64,000 nucleotides of DNA from the human T2T-CHM13v2.0 reference genome, Homo sapiens. Numbering within the stretch: the first letter of the stretch is position 1; each line of letters starts with the position of its first letter. Below, one piece after another: positions 14,980 through 29,755 of the stretch. The position numbers were made by a program, and so were the translations under genes. A model generated the notes under the pieces. It was not told the DNA's origin. It made no database searches and worked only from the letters and a program-made list of their open reading frames with translations. The stretch is from the NCBI RefSeq assembly GCF_009914755.1, contig NC_060929.1. The stretch is one strand, 5' to 3'.

Positions 14980-15891
14980 TAATGGAATAACCAGATATTT
15001 TGGTTTCATATCATCACAGCCAAGTGTGCAGTAACTAAAAAGATGATTTCAAATGATATCTACACTTAACAACATGCACCAACTTCACCATATGTTTTCT
15101 ACCCTTGTCAACTTGTTTATGTGACATTTTATCTGCAGGCAACAGCTTTGTTCCTCATGGCTGGAGTCACATACTGTGAAAACAAACAGAATGAGAGGTA
15201 GATAGAAACTACTCAGTGAACTCACCTGTGCTTGAGGCAGCCTCACATTGAGATTCTAGTGACTTCATTCTAGGGAAGCTCACAACCAAAGAGAGTTCCT
15301 CAAAGTCCCTTTTCCTGAGCTCTGAACAGAGGGAATCTATACTGCAGTGGCAACTGACTGATGAAAGTTCCTGCATGTTTGTGTGCACACATGAGCTCAT
15401 GCCGCATACATGTATGCTTTTGTTCCGTACAAGTTCCTCCCTTAACCCTCTGCCAAAGTATCAACAGTAGTTACCTTTAGTGAGAGGGACTTGTGGAATA
15501 GAGGGGACATTTTTTTTTTTTTGCTTTATAACTTTCCATATTAATTATGTATTTTCCTTTCAAGAAATAAGATGCTTTTAAGAGGAAACATTAAAAAATT
15601 CAATATACAAACGTCTCTTGAATTGGTTTGATTATTATCATTTCTAGTTCGAGATTTGCAACTAGACTCCCACATGACTAGGAGCTTGATGTGGAGAAAA
15701 AGATTCAAAGTGTATTTAAATACACCAGAAGCATTAATTATCCCTGTGTCCTCTCTTTCACTGAGGAAGAGAAGGATAGCCATCAATTAAAACAAGAAGT
15801 TAAGTTTTTACCACCTTAATCTAAGTTTTGGAGAGGAGGGACTAGTATGACCTCATAGGTTCTGTCCTTGTCTGGTCATTGTCGAAATGGC

Positions 15892-16192
15892 TTTTTTTTT
15901 TTTTTTTCTTTTTTTAGACGAAGTCTCACTCTGTCGCCCAGGCTGGAGTGTAATGGCATGATCTCGGCTCACTGCAACCTCCGCCTCCCGAGTTCAATCA
16001 ATTCTCTGTCTTAGCCTCCCAAGTAGCTGGGATTACAGGTGCCTGCCACCATGCCAGGCTAATTTCTGTATTTTTAGTAAAGATGGGGTTTCACTATCTC
16101 GGCCAGGCTGATGTTGAACTTCTGACCTCGTGATCCACCCACCTCGGCCTCCCAAAGTGCTGGCATTACAGGTGTGAGCCAGTGCGCTGGCC
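15892..16192 (-). mobile_element. AluS, full length
   Basis: Reverse dimeric Alu; TSD gaaatggcttt / gaaatagcttt. Confidence 0.96.
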
Positions 16193-16639
16193 AGAAATAG
16201 CTTTCTTAAGGTGACCTTAGAGAATGCAAAATGACAGCATTAACTGAATGTGTGCCTTGTTGCCATAGTCTATCCCAGAGAACTGGTCATTGAACACACT
16301 AACTTAATGGACAGTTTGACTGTAGCAGCATCAATAAGATTGACCAAGAAAGCATTCAGTGCATCAGTTACTCATTGTTTGGGCTTTCCAGGGACAAGTA
16401 ACCCACACATCGTTATAAAACATTCAGGGAAAAGCCAATATACTATTACATCAAAAACATATTTAAATTTAAATTGCAGCATAATATTAGGTTATACCAG
16501 GCAATAATATTTCTAAGGCATAGAGACTTCATGTCTGGCCACTAAAGAAAGAAAGTTTCATTACCAGGTGGCAATTGCTTAGAGATCCTTACAGCCCAGA
16601 AAGAATGTTGTCCCAGAATTCATGGTGTCAAGACCTGTC

Positions 16640-17073
16640 TTAGTGTGACTTGAGTTGGGTTACTTGAGAAACAGACTTTGATATGGGTACTTGCTGGCAG
16701 GAGGGTTGTTGGAGAGTAATTTGGGGAAAAACTTTAAGGAAGTAAGGGAAAAAGGCTTGGGGAGAGGAAGAAATTTAAGTGTGATTCAGTTTAAACAGAG
16801 ACCTTGGCCAATTCTACAGGGAGCTCTGGAATTGATAGAGCCATTCAGAACTGTCCCAATCCTAGGCAAGGTGGCCAGGCTTTAACACCTCTGCATCAAC
16901 TGCTCATCAGATGCAGATGTAACACTGGACAAGGCAACTCTCTTTGGCTGAAGACAAGTCTTGATGAGGGACTCAGATGTGAGTCATCAGTAGCTGTCAT
17001 CCCTTGAAGCTCTGAAAGTAAGTACCTTGGTCCCAAAGGATGGATAGGGTGGAATACCACAGCCTCCTATACA
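16640..17073 (-). mobile_element. ERVL LTR (LTR16-like)
   Basis: gagaaacagactttga...ggccaattctacagggagctctgga...ggcaaggtggccaggctttaacacc typical of LTR16. Confidence 0.7.
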
Positions 17074-17177
17074 TAGGATGTCTAAACTACTGGGCATGTA
17101 CCTAGTGCTAATAAGTCTGTCTCATGTTTCATCTGTCAGATTAAACTGTGTTGAATATAGTTTTAAATAACAATTAA

Positions 17178-17482
<305 letters not shown>

Positions 17483-17959
17483 AAAATAACAGTTAAAAGT
17501 CTATAAATTTTGTCGTCTTAGAATATTTGATTCTAGAAATTGAAGACCTTGTTTCTGAATGATAATATTCTGCAAATATTAAGAGGATATGGTGTTGATA
17601 AGAAAGTATACTACATTTCCTACACTGTTCTCACTAAATTAAATGGTATTAAAAGTTTCAGATTAAAGGACTAGCACTGACAGCAATAACATTATTATTT
17701 AGAAGTACTGATCATTACGATGAGATGTGCTATTGTATGTAAATGTCCCTATCATCTTATCTGTCTAATCTGCTTATCTACCTATAATTTTAATCGGATT
17801 CTAAGACATATCTGTGATCCCAAATAGTTGAGGATCAAGAGTTACAAAGATAAATATCACAGTCCCTTGCCTATGGTTCCTCCACTTCACTAAAGATACT
17901 GCTAATAAGGCCCCTTTCATGGCCACACACTGAAAATGAAGCATAATTATTAATATATG

Positions 17960-18190
17960 TAAAGAGTCTTTGCTCAGAAATTGTAGTCTGGAATTTCAAG
18001 ATGCTGGCTTTCTCACTTACTGTGTGAACAAAAACAACCCTTTAATCCTCCTAGATTTCAGACCATTTATGGGAAATGGGAATAAGAATCCCTGCCTCAC
18101 AGGGCAATGGGAAAGCTTCACCAAACTCTAGTATGTGCAGGGGCTTGTACAGTACTTAGCACAGAGTAGACAGACACTCATTGTTAGCCA
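17960..18190 (+). mobile_element. MIR SINE
   Basis: cacttactgtgtga...gaaatgggaataagaatccctgcctcacaggg...cttagcacagagtag. Confidence 0.65.
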
Positions 18191-19097
18191 GCATTACAAA
18201 TTATTGTTCTTATTGTCCCACCCCACCTCCACCAACACTTACTTTAAAGTCTTATGAGTTTTGAGGAGTAAGAGAAGATCACAGAAAGGAAAATGGTAGA
18301 TGAAAATTGGTTAAGTCTCAGAGAGAAAGAGCACTGAAATACAAATTTTCACACATGCTGAATATGATTTCTCAATGAAAAGATGTTACAATATCTTGTA
18401 ACTGGTATGAAGTATATCAGGGACTAAAATTAGTGTCATATATTGACATAAAGTGTAATATATAAAAGGTGAAATATTTATACGATCTGAAGAGAAACCA
18501 GAGTATATTGATATAACGTGTAATATGTATCACAATTAGAGTCAACTGATTATCAAGGGATCAAGTGGTAGTGCAAGTCTAAAAAAGTAGCTTCTGGGAA
18601 GAAGCTAAAAGAAAAATAATATGTTAATACCAGACCAATATTAAAATCAACCACAAGTTATATAGTAAACAAAATTGAAAATATAGTGAATTGATCATAA
18701 CAGTGTCCCTTTCTTTGATCCAAGCCTTCAAAATAAAGACATTATTCCTTCAAGGGAACAGTCTTAAAGACCTCCCACCGTGTTGTATATAGAAAGATAT
18801 GCTATACTGATATTTACATTATGAGAAACCTACTACTTCTAAATATTAAATTACTTAAAATTAACAATGTTTATTTTGTATGTTAAGGGTGTAGGACATC
18901 CCTCTTGGAATAGTTTAATTTCCACTTTTCAGCAACCGAATATTATTTTATTTCTTTTCCCGTTTGGAGATTGGTGTGGAAGAGGAGTGGAGAATGCACG
19001 TGTAAGATGAGGATAGTGAAATGAGAAAAGATAAAATTAATGTCTCATTTTCCTTTGAGGGACTAATTTTGATTATGTACAGTTTTTTCTCTAGCAC

Positions 19098-19981
<884 letters not shown>

Positions 19982-20965
19982 AAAAATGTGACAGATTTCT
20001 ACTATAATACTCAAGAAAAAGTAAAACTTTGCAACAGCCCCAACTTGTGGTATATGCGCTCATGACTTTCAAGTTAATTCTTTGTATCTCCTCAGCTTTT
20101 ATATCCCCAAGTCTCATGCAGATGACTTGAGTAATTAGTATTCTCATGAAATTATCTACAGTGTATAGATAAATTTAGTTTCATTAAATTTAAAATGCCT
20201 TGCCAAAGGTCACACGCCAAAATACTAAAGAAGATCCAGATTCAGGGCACAGATATTGGGTTCCCTGAACTCAATACTAAAGACATTGTGTCCTCTTTGT
20301 GTTTTCCAAGGATAACTATTCATTATTCATTCAAATTAAATGTTCTAGTGAACAACATGAAAATTATCTTACTTTAGTTACACAGAGCAAACTGCAAAGC
20401 CAAATGGGACTTCTATTGAATATTATAATGGAACAGGTCCCAGTGAAGCCCTTTTACTTGATAATGTTCATTGGTAACTCAATTCAAAAATTACCTTAAA
20501 AAGTTCAGCTGTGAGGCAAGGCATTCAAATGAATTACTTGAGCATGACCTAAAGGATTTGTGCCAAAAACTAATTCATTATTTTTCAGTGCCTCTCTAAG
20601 TAATTTTCTTTGGCTATTTAACATATATATATCTGATGTGAAAGCCCCAAAGAGTAGTTGAGAAACTAACACCTGATAGATTTGTAGAATCATAGCCACT
20701 AGATGCAGAAGGATCAAAGGCAACCAGACTGGATGGAGAAATTAGGCTTTATTAGGCTGTGGTCTGTTCTGAAATTTTCTGTTTCCCACCCTTGTCTTGG
20801 AGGATGCTTTGCTTGAAAACTAAGAATTGCATAGCTACACTGGACAGAGTAATTGTTAAATTTTAGAAAAAAAAAACACACCTATTTTCCAGTTTCAAAG
20901 AACAGCTTCTATTTCCTCTTCATAATATACATGCTTATGGACTGCATGCAGTAGAAAGTTGGCTG

Positions 20966-20975
20966 CCTTTTATGG
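20966..20975. promoter_or_regulatory. CArG box (SRF consensus) motif
   Basis: CCTTTTATGG within tgCCTTTTATGGgca in non-repeat DNA; motif only, function untested. Confidence 0.3.
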
Positions 20976-23250
20976 GCAAAAGAATCCTTCATAGGATTCA
21001 ACCAGCTCACAGAGGATGGCTTTGGGGTTAAGAGCAAAATATCCTTAAGACTAATTTGTGCAATTTTGTCCATAGATGGGGGTGTGTGTGTGCGCATGCA
21101 CGCATGGTGTTTACTTCCATATGTATGTGTTCATATCTCCCTTGTGAACCCAGGGTATTGATAGAGAAAAAGTTGTGATGAGACAGGAGGGAATGAATGG
21201 GATTCAGATTTTGAATTCAGTAGACTTCTAAATCTAGTTCTCCATGCCGCAGAAACTATGACAGTTGTGTTGAAGACAGAAAGACCACTCTACTCTTGAC
21301 TTCCCGTTTAATGATCAACTGAAAATTTAACAAGCTGCTAGCCACTCTTTAAATGCTCACACCTAGTCCTAGGGAGAACCGATTTCAGTTCTAAAAAGGG
21401 TCTTTCTAATAAGTAAGCCTCCCCCTCCCTAATAATTTGAGTTGTGAATTCCTGATCCCCGAGGCATTTTAGCAGAGGCTACATGGCAGTGGGTCCTACA
21501 TCCTCCAAAAGGGACTCAGTTAATGAATTAATGATGGATAGTAGTCAGTGATCTGCAAAATGCCTGTTAACTCTAAGACTCTGTAATTCTAAAATCCAGT
21601 TGTTAGAACTAGAACTGTGGTCACACCAAATAGCTGCCAGATGAAACAGGTAATAAAGACAAACATCTATGACAGGATGGAGCCTGAAGAACTAACTTTC
21701 AGGATCAATACTCCAGTCACCAAGTGACAGGTAGCAACGACAGCTGCCAGAAACTTGCTAACCTCTCCCAGTCAAGTCAACCTCCCTGACTTTTATGTTT
21801 GTCTATTTGGCAGCCCTCCTAATATAACTATTGTTGAACTTCTAGTTAACTTCAACAACAGTATAATGTATTGCATCAGTATAAATTTAATTCTCTTACA
21901 GACAATTTTACAAAGGAGCACTGTATTTTGAATTATCCTTATAAATACTGGCACTATTTAATGAGCTCAATGCAGCATTGCAAGTTTGCAAGTTTTATGG
22001 GATGGCTTGAGTGGAAATGTTATAAAATGAGATTTCAACATGTAAATCCTCAGAATTCGTATGTTGTATTATCAGAAAATCATCACTTTAAGTAAAACTA
22101 AAGCTTTTGCACACTCACTTCATTTTTGGCTCTGTTGGTTTTGTTTGTTTATGTATGTGTGTGTGACTTTATCTCTTTTTTTGCCATTGGATTTAGTAGG
22201 AATGAAGGACTAATGGGCATTCCGGGTTCAGGGTACAGTTTGTCACACTAGGCAGCCAGTATTAAAGTCTCTCTTTTCCCCCAGCAGCCATTTCTCTCTC
22301 AACCGGTAGCCAGAAATGAGAGCTCAAGTACAGGGGGGCCATCCATTCTGCCCTCAAACTTTTCCAGAACAGCTTTGATTGCTGCTCCAAAACCATGGGC
22401 TTTCTAGGAGTAGGAGTTGCTTTATCCTTGCTTTGATGCAACATTCAAAATCTTTCTAAATTTCATCTTTGAATCTTAATTTTTAACCTCTTAGTGGTGC
22501 TTCAAATATTTTTTCCTATTCATTTAGCAACATTTTCAAACTGCATTTCCCTGTAATTTGTACCTCATTTAACGTTATTGCTTGAAATTATTTTGGGATG
22601 GGGTTAGTTCCAGAGATTTCCCACAAAATAATGTTGCATTGCCTTGCTCAGTTAAGGACACAAGTTAACTTAAAACAGATAGGAATTATAAGCAACACGA
22701 TCTGTGGAATCATACATATGTAAAAATAAACAGATTCATATGTCAGAATTCTTCTAGTATCAGACTTTCTGTATCTTTGATAGAAATAAAATTTGTGAAA
22801 AATTTTTTCATAAGCAGTTTCGAGAAGACAAATGGTTCGCTTAAGCTTCTTCTCTGAAGACAAATAGTTCTCTTCAGTTTCTCCCCTGAAAATGACTACA
22901 ATTATAATTAGTTATTGGAAATTTGATGAACTTCTTGCAGGCTGTTCATAAACAGTACCTGCAATTACCCAGTCTTTTGCCATTTATACCTACTCAGTAC
23001 TGTGTTTCAAGTTGAAATTGCTGCACTGGTGGTTAAGCAGGCATCTAAGAGAAGTAAGACAACCTAAGTTACATAAAGTAAATTTAATATAATTGATTGA
23101 TAAGCATTAGCCCTGGGGTCAGAGAAATCTTACAATTGGAAATAATTGAGAAATTTGGAATATATGAGAGGAAAGAACTTAGGCATAGTGCAACTTAATC
23201 CTTTCAGCCTTAGATTTTGGCATTTATAATAACAGGTAGAGAAATAGATT

Positions 23251-23274
23251 GGGGTGGGGGAGGGTGGAGTGGGG
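23251..23274 (+). other. Canonical G-quadruplex motif
   Basis: GGGG-T-GGGGG-A-GGG-TGGAGT-GGGG. Confidence 0.6.
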
Positions 23275-23912
23275 AAGGTACACTTTCTTCATAGTCACAA
23301 AAATAGCCAGTAGAAAGAAGCTCTCTAGGCTTTCTTGAAAATAAGCTGTGTCTAATGGAGACATCACTTTGCGTCTTTCTTGGGGGACCCACAGAGGTAC
23401 ATCTACAGAATTGGTCACTTGTTATCTGCCCTTCCCTTCTGCGAATGCTCTGTTTTTCATTGTGCCTGGGCCTTCTCATCGGCTGCCATGTCTGTATGGT
23501 ATCACAATCAACTTTTTTTTATTCCAACTTCAACTCTGCTTAATCACTACCACTTAATCCTTCTTTGCTTAAGTTCACATATATTTATCCTAAAAATTAA
23601 ATGGAAATATTAGTGTAAACCACTGACTCCTGTGCCAGGATCAGAATAATGGTTTAGGAACTGCTACCCTATCATTATCCTCATTAGTATCATCAGTAGC
23701 AACAGCAGCAGCAGCCTTCTTATTCCTTCTCCCTTTATACTATTGTTTATATTATGCTATGAAAAATATCAACATCAATTCTGTCCATTAAGATACATAA
23801 ATGCTTATGTTCAATTAGATTTATGTACCAATTTTTTCCGGGAGGACAACCGGGTCTTTTGGGGGTAAGGGGGAAAGTAAAAATAGCTAACGGCATACTT
23901 TTGGAAAAATAT

Positions 23913-24371
<459 letters not shown>

Positions 24372-25219
24372 TGAAATTTTTTACAGAAATAAATAGAAAA
24401 GACAATTGAGATATATTTTACAAACAGCAGTATTATAATATTAAAGTATCTCCTTTACAGAAATAACCTTACTTTCACTGTTTTTTCCTTTGATTTACCT
24501 CTCATATTTTCTTAATAGTCTTAACCAGTCATTGGCATCAGCAGTTCTTGTTTTCATACTCTTAATAAGAGCTCAAAGGCTAATTAAAAAAAAAACTAAT
24601 GGAATTCCAGATTAACACACATAGGAACTAAAGGAAAAATTTCCTACCATGTTACCAAGTAGATATCAGACTTGAGATATTTAAATGTGGTCCTTTCTAT
24701 CCACCAAGTTTGTTTTCAGTGAGGCTATTGACACTACAGTGTTACTCCTGGACAAGTCCAGACAAGGCTGTAAATCTGCTGAAGTTCCCATTTGGCTGAA
24801 GTGTCTTCCAGTTTAATTGCCTCTTCTCTTCTGTTACTTCTTCTGAGTTTAGCAACCTCTTTAAATAGTTATCTCTGGAAGCATACATCCATTTCTCTTT
24901 CCAGCAAAGTTTTAAACCAACAAACTGGTTTTTGATTTCTGAATACTTTGAATTCAAACTCCAAAAGAGAGATTTTGACTGGTTTTGGCAATATCTATTA
25001 TAGGCTGTGGCTATTGTATAGAACACTAAGAGTGGACCACTGTATGAGCCACTCTTCAGTTCGGCAAGAAATGTAATAGATGGCATGGCCGTCTTGGGTC
25101 ACGTGCTGTCTTCCACCCAATCAGCTGCAACTCAATGGAGTGCAGCTCTTAGTGACCGTGGGTAAGAAACCATTCTGAAGGAAGCTGTGATTTGTTTGTC
25201 ACTTACAAAAATGAAGGAG

Positions 25220-25855
25220 GAATTTTTATAGCAACTTTATTCATAATTGCTGAGACTGGGATGCAACCAAAACATTATATTTTTATCCACTAATGGGTTA
25301 ATTGATAAAAAAAACTGTGGTACATTCATACAATAGAATATAATTTAGTGATAAAAAGAAATGAGATGTTAAATCACAAAAATTTATGAGGAAATCTTAA
25401 TATTGCTGAATGAAAAAAGCCAATCTGAAAAGGTTACATACCATATGATTCTAACTATATAACATTCTGAAGAAGACAAAACTCTGGAGACAGTGAAAAG
25501 ATCAATAGTGGCTAGCAGTTCAGGGGGATGGAGGGAGGGATGAATACGTAGAGCAGAGGATATTTTTAGGGCAGTTAAACAATTATTCATAAGATATTGT
25601 AATGGTAGATACATGCAATTACACATTTGTCAAAACTTATAAAATGCACAACACAGCATGAACTGTAATGTAAACTATGAAATGTGTTAATAAAAATGTA
25701 TCAATATTGGGTCACCAATTGCAATAAATGTACCACACTAATGCCAGATGTTAATATTAGGGGCAACTAAAGTGTGGGAGGAAGGGGCATATGGGAACTG
25801 TCTGTGCTTTCTGATTAATTTTTCTATAAACCTAAAATTGCTCTAAAAAATGAGT
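25220..25855 (+). mobile_element. L1MC-type 3' end
   Basis: aagccaatctgaaaaggttacatac...caaaactctggagacagtgaaaagatcaatagtgg...aaacctaaaattgctctaaaaaa. Confidence 0.88.
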
Positions 25856-26176
25856 CTTTTTAGTGAAGGAAGGGTAGAGAGACAAATATATGGTGAGCAA
25901 GAGGAAAATACAAAAGATCATAAAGTCTATAAAAATGTCTCCAAAACACTGCTTTTTCTGTAGGTCCAAGTTTCTTAATAAAAAGTACGAGTCATACATG
26001 TTATATTAGTTTTTTTTTTTTTTTAACAATGCTGGTAAAACCAATTGAATTTCACCATTCCTCTGCTGGCAGATAAAAATCTGAAGTAATATTTTAAGGA
26101 TACTGGCAGATTTGGATTGAAAATTCTAGCAATACCAGAATTGCTGAAACATTAAAATATGTTTGTTTGTTTTTAG

Positions 26177-26306
26177 TTAAAAATGAACAGATCAACCTTT
26201 TACTCTTCTCTGAAAAATATAGTGAAATTAATAATCAAGAACGATTTTCTGAAATGAAAACATCCGAACAGCATACTGCAAAGACATTCAGGGGAAAATA
26301 AAATAG
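26177..26306 (+). other. Candidate non-coding exon (130 nt)
   Basis: Acceptor tttgtttgtttttag| and donor ag|gtatgt; stops in all three frames. Confidence 0.25.
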
Positions 26307-27254
26307 GTATGTACATATTTTTTTTGTCAAGATTGAAATAAGGCAGTGCTTCTGACCGGAGGAGTAAAAAGAAACTATATCTTTAATTAAAAATTTTAAA
26401 AAGTACTGGCCACATTCAGACTAGAACTGAGTCTCCTGTCTCAAAGTTCAGAGTTATTTCCACTACATCACCAGTGAAAAATAAGGCTGGAAAGGTGGGA
26501 CAAGCTTATAAAAAGTAAGCCAGAGTAGAAAAGCCTTAATTACACAGAAAATAACATTTTGAACAAAGTTTTTATAAACCAAGAGAGGTCAGGGTAGATT
26601 AGAGTGAAGAACAAAAGTCAGTCTTGACAGGCACCTACTTGACACTATCATTAAAAAATCAGAACTTTAAATGAAAGGGGAAGGCTTATAAAAAAGATCT
26701 TGAAATAGATACTGGTGTTTTTCACCCAGGAAGCGATCTGAGAGCTCAAGAAAGATAGGAATCACAATTTCTCTGAAAACTGAAAAAAGTACTCTAGAGT
26801 TTATGCAGGGAATTCCTTTCAAAGTAAAGTTGGGTCAAGAGAAGTAATAACTTGTAGGAAATGAGAAGTACTCAAAAGATATGTTAAGAAAAATCTTTTA
26901 TAAGAGAACATAAAAGAGACTTCCTTAGCCAACAGATAGAAGAAATAATATTTAGAGAGAAAGAACCATTTCCCACCATTTTATTACATAAAAGGATGTA
27001 ATATCATGTAACTGTAGCCCAGCCAAATGAAAATTACCACTCCAAAAGAAAGCCTGCATAGAAGGTACTCAGAATTGATACTCTTGCCATGGATGTAAGA
27101 GTGGGATGGGTAAAATTATGCTTTATATAGCATAATATAAAATGAAAAAAAAAATAAATTGCCTATGTATTGTCACTCTGCTATTTTGTGCCAATCACTC
27201 AAAATTGAAAATCAACTTGAGTTTATCACTGACAGACAAAAAATTATGGATAAG

Positions 27255-28140
27255 ACTAAAACAGAATTCCAATGTCCCCTTAGGATGTCGAAAGGCAGAA
27301 AAGTACCACTCTTACCCTAGCAAGAAGGAAAAAAAATAAGGTAAATCTACAAATCAACCTTTTAAAAACCCATTGAAACCAAAGGTTCACAAACCAACCC
27401 ATAGCCTGAAATCTAAGAAAAGACAGGAAACTTCAAGGAGAAGGACTCAGCACTGGCTTACCTAGGGCACAGCTCAGGAGGAAGGCAGGTTTGTCACGCA
27501 AGCAAGTAAGAAACTTTCAGCTAGAATCTTCAGCAAACTGCTCAAGACCAATTGTGAGCCAGTGTGAGAGCACAGAACCCTAGTCACAGCAGACACTAGG
27601 GGAGCTTACAGCCACTTGCAAGCTCTTCTCCCCAGACCTCACAGGATGCTCACAAAAAAGACTCAGGATGGAATGGGAGTGGAAGCCTTCCTTGTGGTGC
27701 TGCCTGAAGGTAAGAAGTGAACACTGCTGCAAAAAAGCCATGAAGCCTAGCCTGGAACTTTCTTTCCTTAAGAGCAAAAGCCTTAAGCAACTAGGAAAGG
27801 CAGCAAAAACTGTTTCCCCTAGGATACATGTGAAGACCCACTGGCTGAGAGAGAGGCAGGAAACTGACTTGGACCCAGACTTACTGAGGGACAGGATCCC
27901 AGAGAAAGCTCCACACCCAAGACCTGGTGATGCGGAGGCTACCTGAGACTGAGGATGAACCAGGATAACAGAGAACAACATCACACCCTCTCAACCAGAG
28001 GCCATGCAGAGTAAGAAGTATGAGGAGTCTACCCCTGGTCGAGTCTCTCTGTCTCTCAAAAACTCTGAGACAGACCCTATCTGAGGTACAAGCACACAGG
28101 GAAGTTAAGATGAGACTTCAGGTAACCATAGTGACAACAA
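27255..28140 (+). mobile_element. Probable old L1M 5'UTR fragment
   Basis: Purine-rich, higher-GC block resembling L1M 5' ends, directly upstream of an L1 ORF2 fragment. Confidence 0.45.
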
Positions 28141-28144
28141 AATT

Positions 28145-29755
28145 CTGAGAGAGCTAATAAATAAGTTTAAAAAGCTGCAAGATACACATTTGATAACCAA
28201 AAATCACTTTTATTTCTATGCATTTGCAATGAACAATTGTAAATTGAAATTTTCAAAAGCATAATTTTCAGTGGCATCAAAAAGTTTGAAATAGGTATAA
28301 GTCAAAAACTGTACAAGAGCACATCTGTGCTATAATCTACAAAACACTGATGAAGGAAATCACAGAAGACCTAAATAAATGGAGAACTGTGTTGTATTCA
28401 TAGTTTGGAAAATTCAGTATTAAGATGTCACTTATTTCCACATTTACCTATAGATTCAATGCAAAACCTATCAAAATCCAACTGGGATTTTTTTTCTGTA
28501 GAAATTTAAAAACCTATTTTAAAATGTGTTGGGAAAGGAAAGAACTAATCTACAGTAGCAAAACAAGTCTGAAAGAGAAGACCAATATAGGAGAGTACAA
28601 ACTGCACGATTTCCAGACTTTCTATGAAGAGATACTAATCAATAAATTGTTGTGCTTGTGAATACACAGACGTGTTCATCTAACTGAACAAAATAGTCTA
28701 GAAGAAAACATAGGGGAAAATCATTGTGACCTTCCGTTCAAGGCAACAATTTAAGATACCTAAAACATGAACCACATTTTCAAAAACTGGCAAATTGGAC
28801 CCTATCAAAAACCTTTGCTCTTCAATAAAAAAATGAAAAATAAGCCACTTGTTGGGAAAAGTATTTGTAATATTTATGTATGATGAAGGACTTTTACCCA
28901 GACTATCTAAAAAAACTCTCAGCATTCATAAAAGCAAACAAATAACAATAAATGATAAAACAATTGAACAGATACTTCACCAAGACTACTTAACAAATAT
29001 GCATATGAAAATATGCTTAATACAAATGCAAATTCAAATCACAATGAGATGTCTCTTTATACACATTAGAATAGCTAAAATAAAAAAAGAACTGACAATA
29101 CCATGTTCTGGGGACGATGGGGAACAACCGAAACAATGACACCGGTCTGGGGAGACTCTAAAATACTATATTTACTTTGGAAAATAGTTCGTCAATGTCT
29201 TTTCAATTTAAACATACATTTATTATATGACCCATTGAACAGCCCACAGGTACTTACTGAGGTGAAATGAAAACTTATAATCATTTTTAACCTGGACATG
29301 GATGTTGTAGCAGTTTTATTCATAAGTACCATAAAATGGAAACAATTCACATGCCCTGCAATTTGTGAATAAAACAGTTTATCCATAAAATGAATTCAAC
29401 TTAGCAATCAAGAAGTGAACAAAGTATTGATACTCACAACTTGGTTGAACCTCAAATACATTATGCTACATGAAAGAAGCTAGACTCAAAGACTGCTTAC
29501 TCTACAATTCTATTTATATGACGCCAAAAAAATCAAACCCATAAGGACTGAAAACAGGTAATTAGTTATCAGGGTAGAGTGGGGAGGGTTTTTCTACAGA
29601 GAGGCACCAGGGGATTTTTTTACAGGATGAAACTACTAGGTATTGACCGTACTAGGGGTTTTATAATTGTATGTGTTTGTCAAACGTTCATGGAAATGTA
29701 TACTAAAAAGGGTGAATTCTACTTTAGGTCAGTCTTACCACAATTTTTAAAAAGA
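28145..29755 (+). mobile_element. Old L1 (L1MD/ME-like) ORF2 3' part and 3'UTR
   Basis: Remnants YRFNAKPIKI and MQIQITMR; ends gtttgtcaaacgttcatggaaatgtatactaaaaagggtgaatt. Confidence 0.85.
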
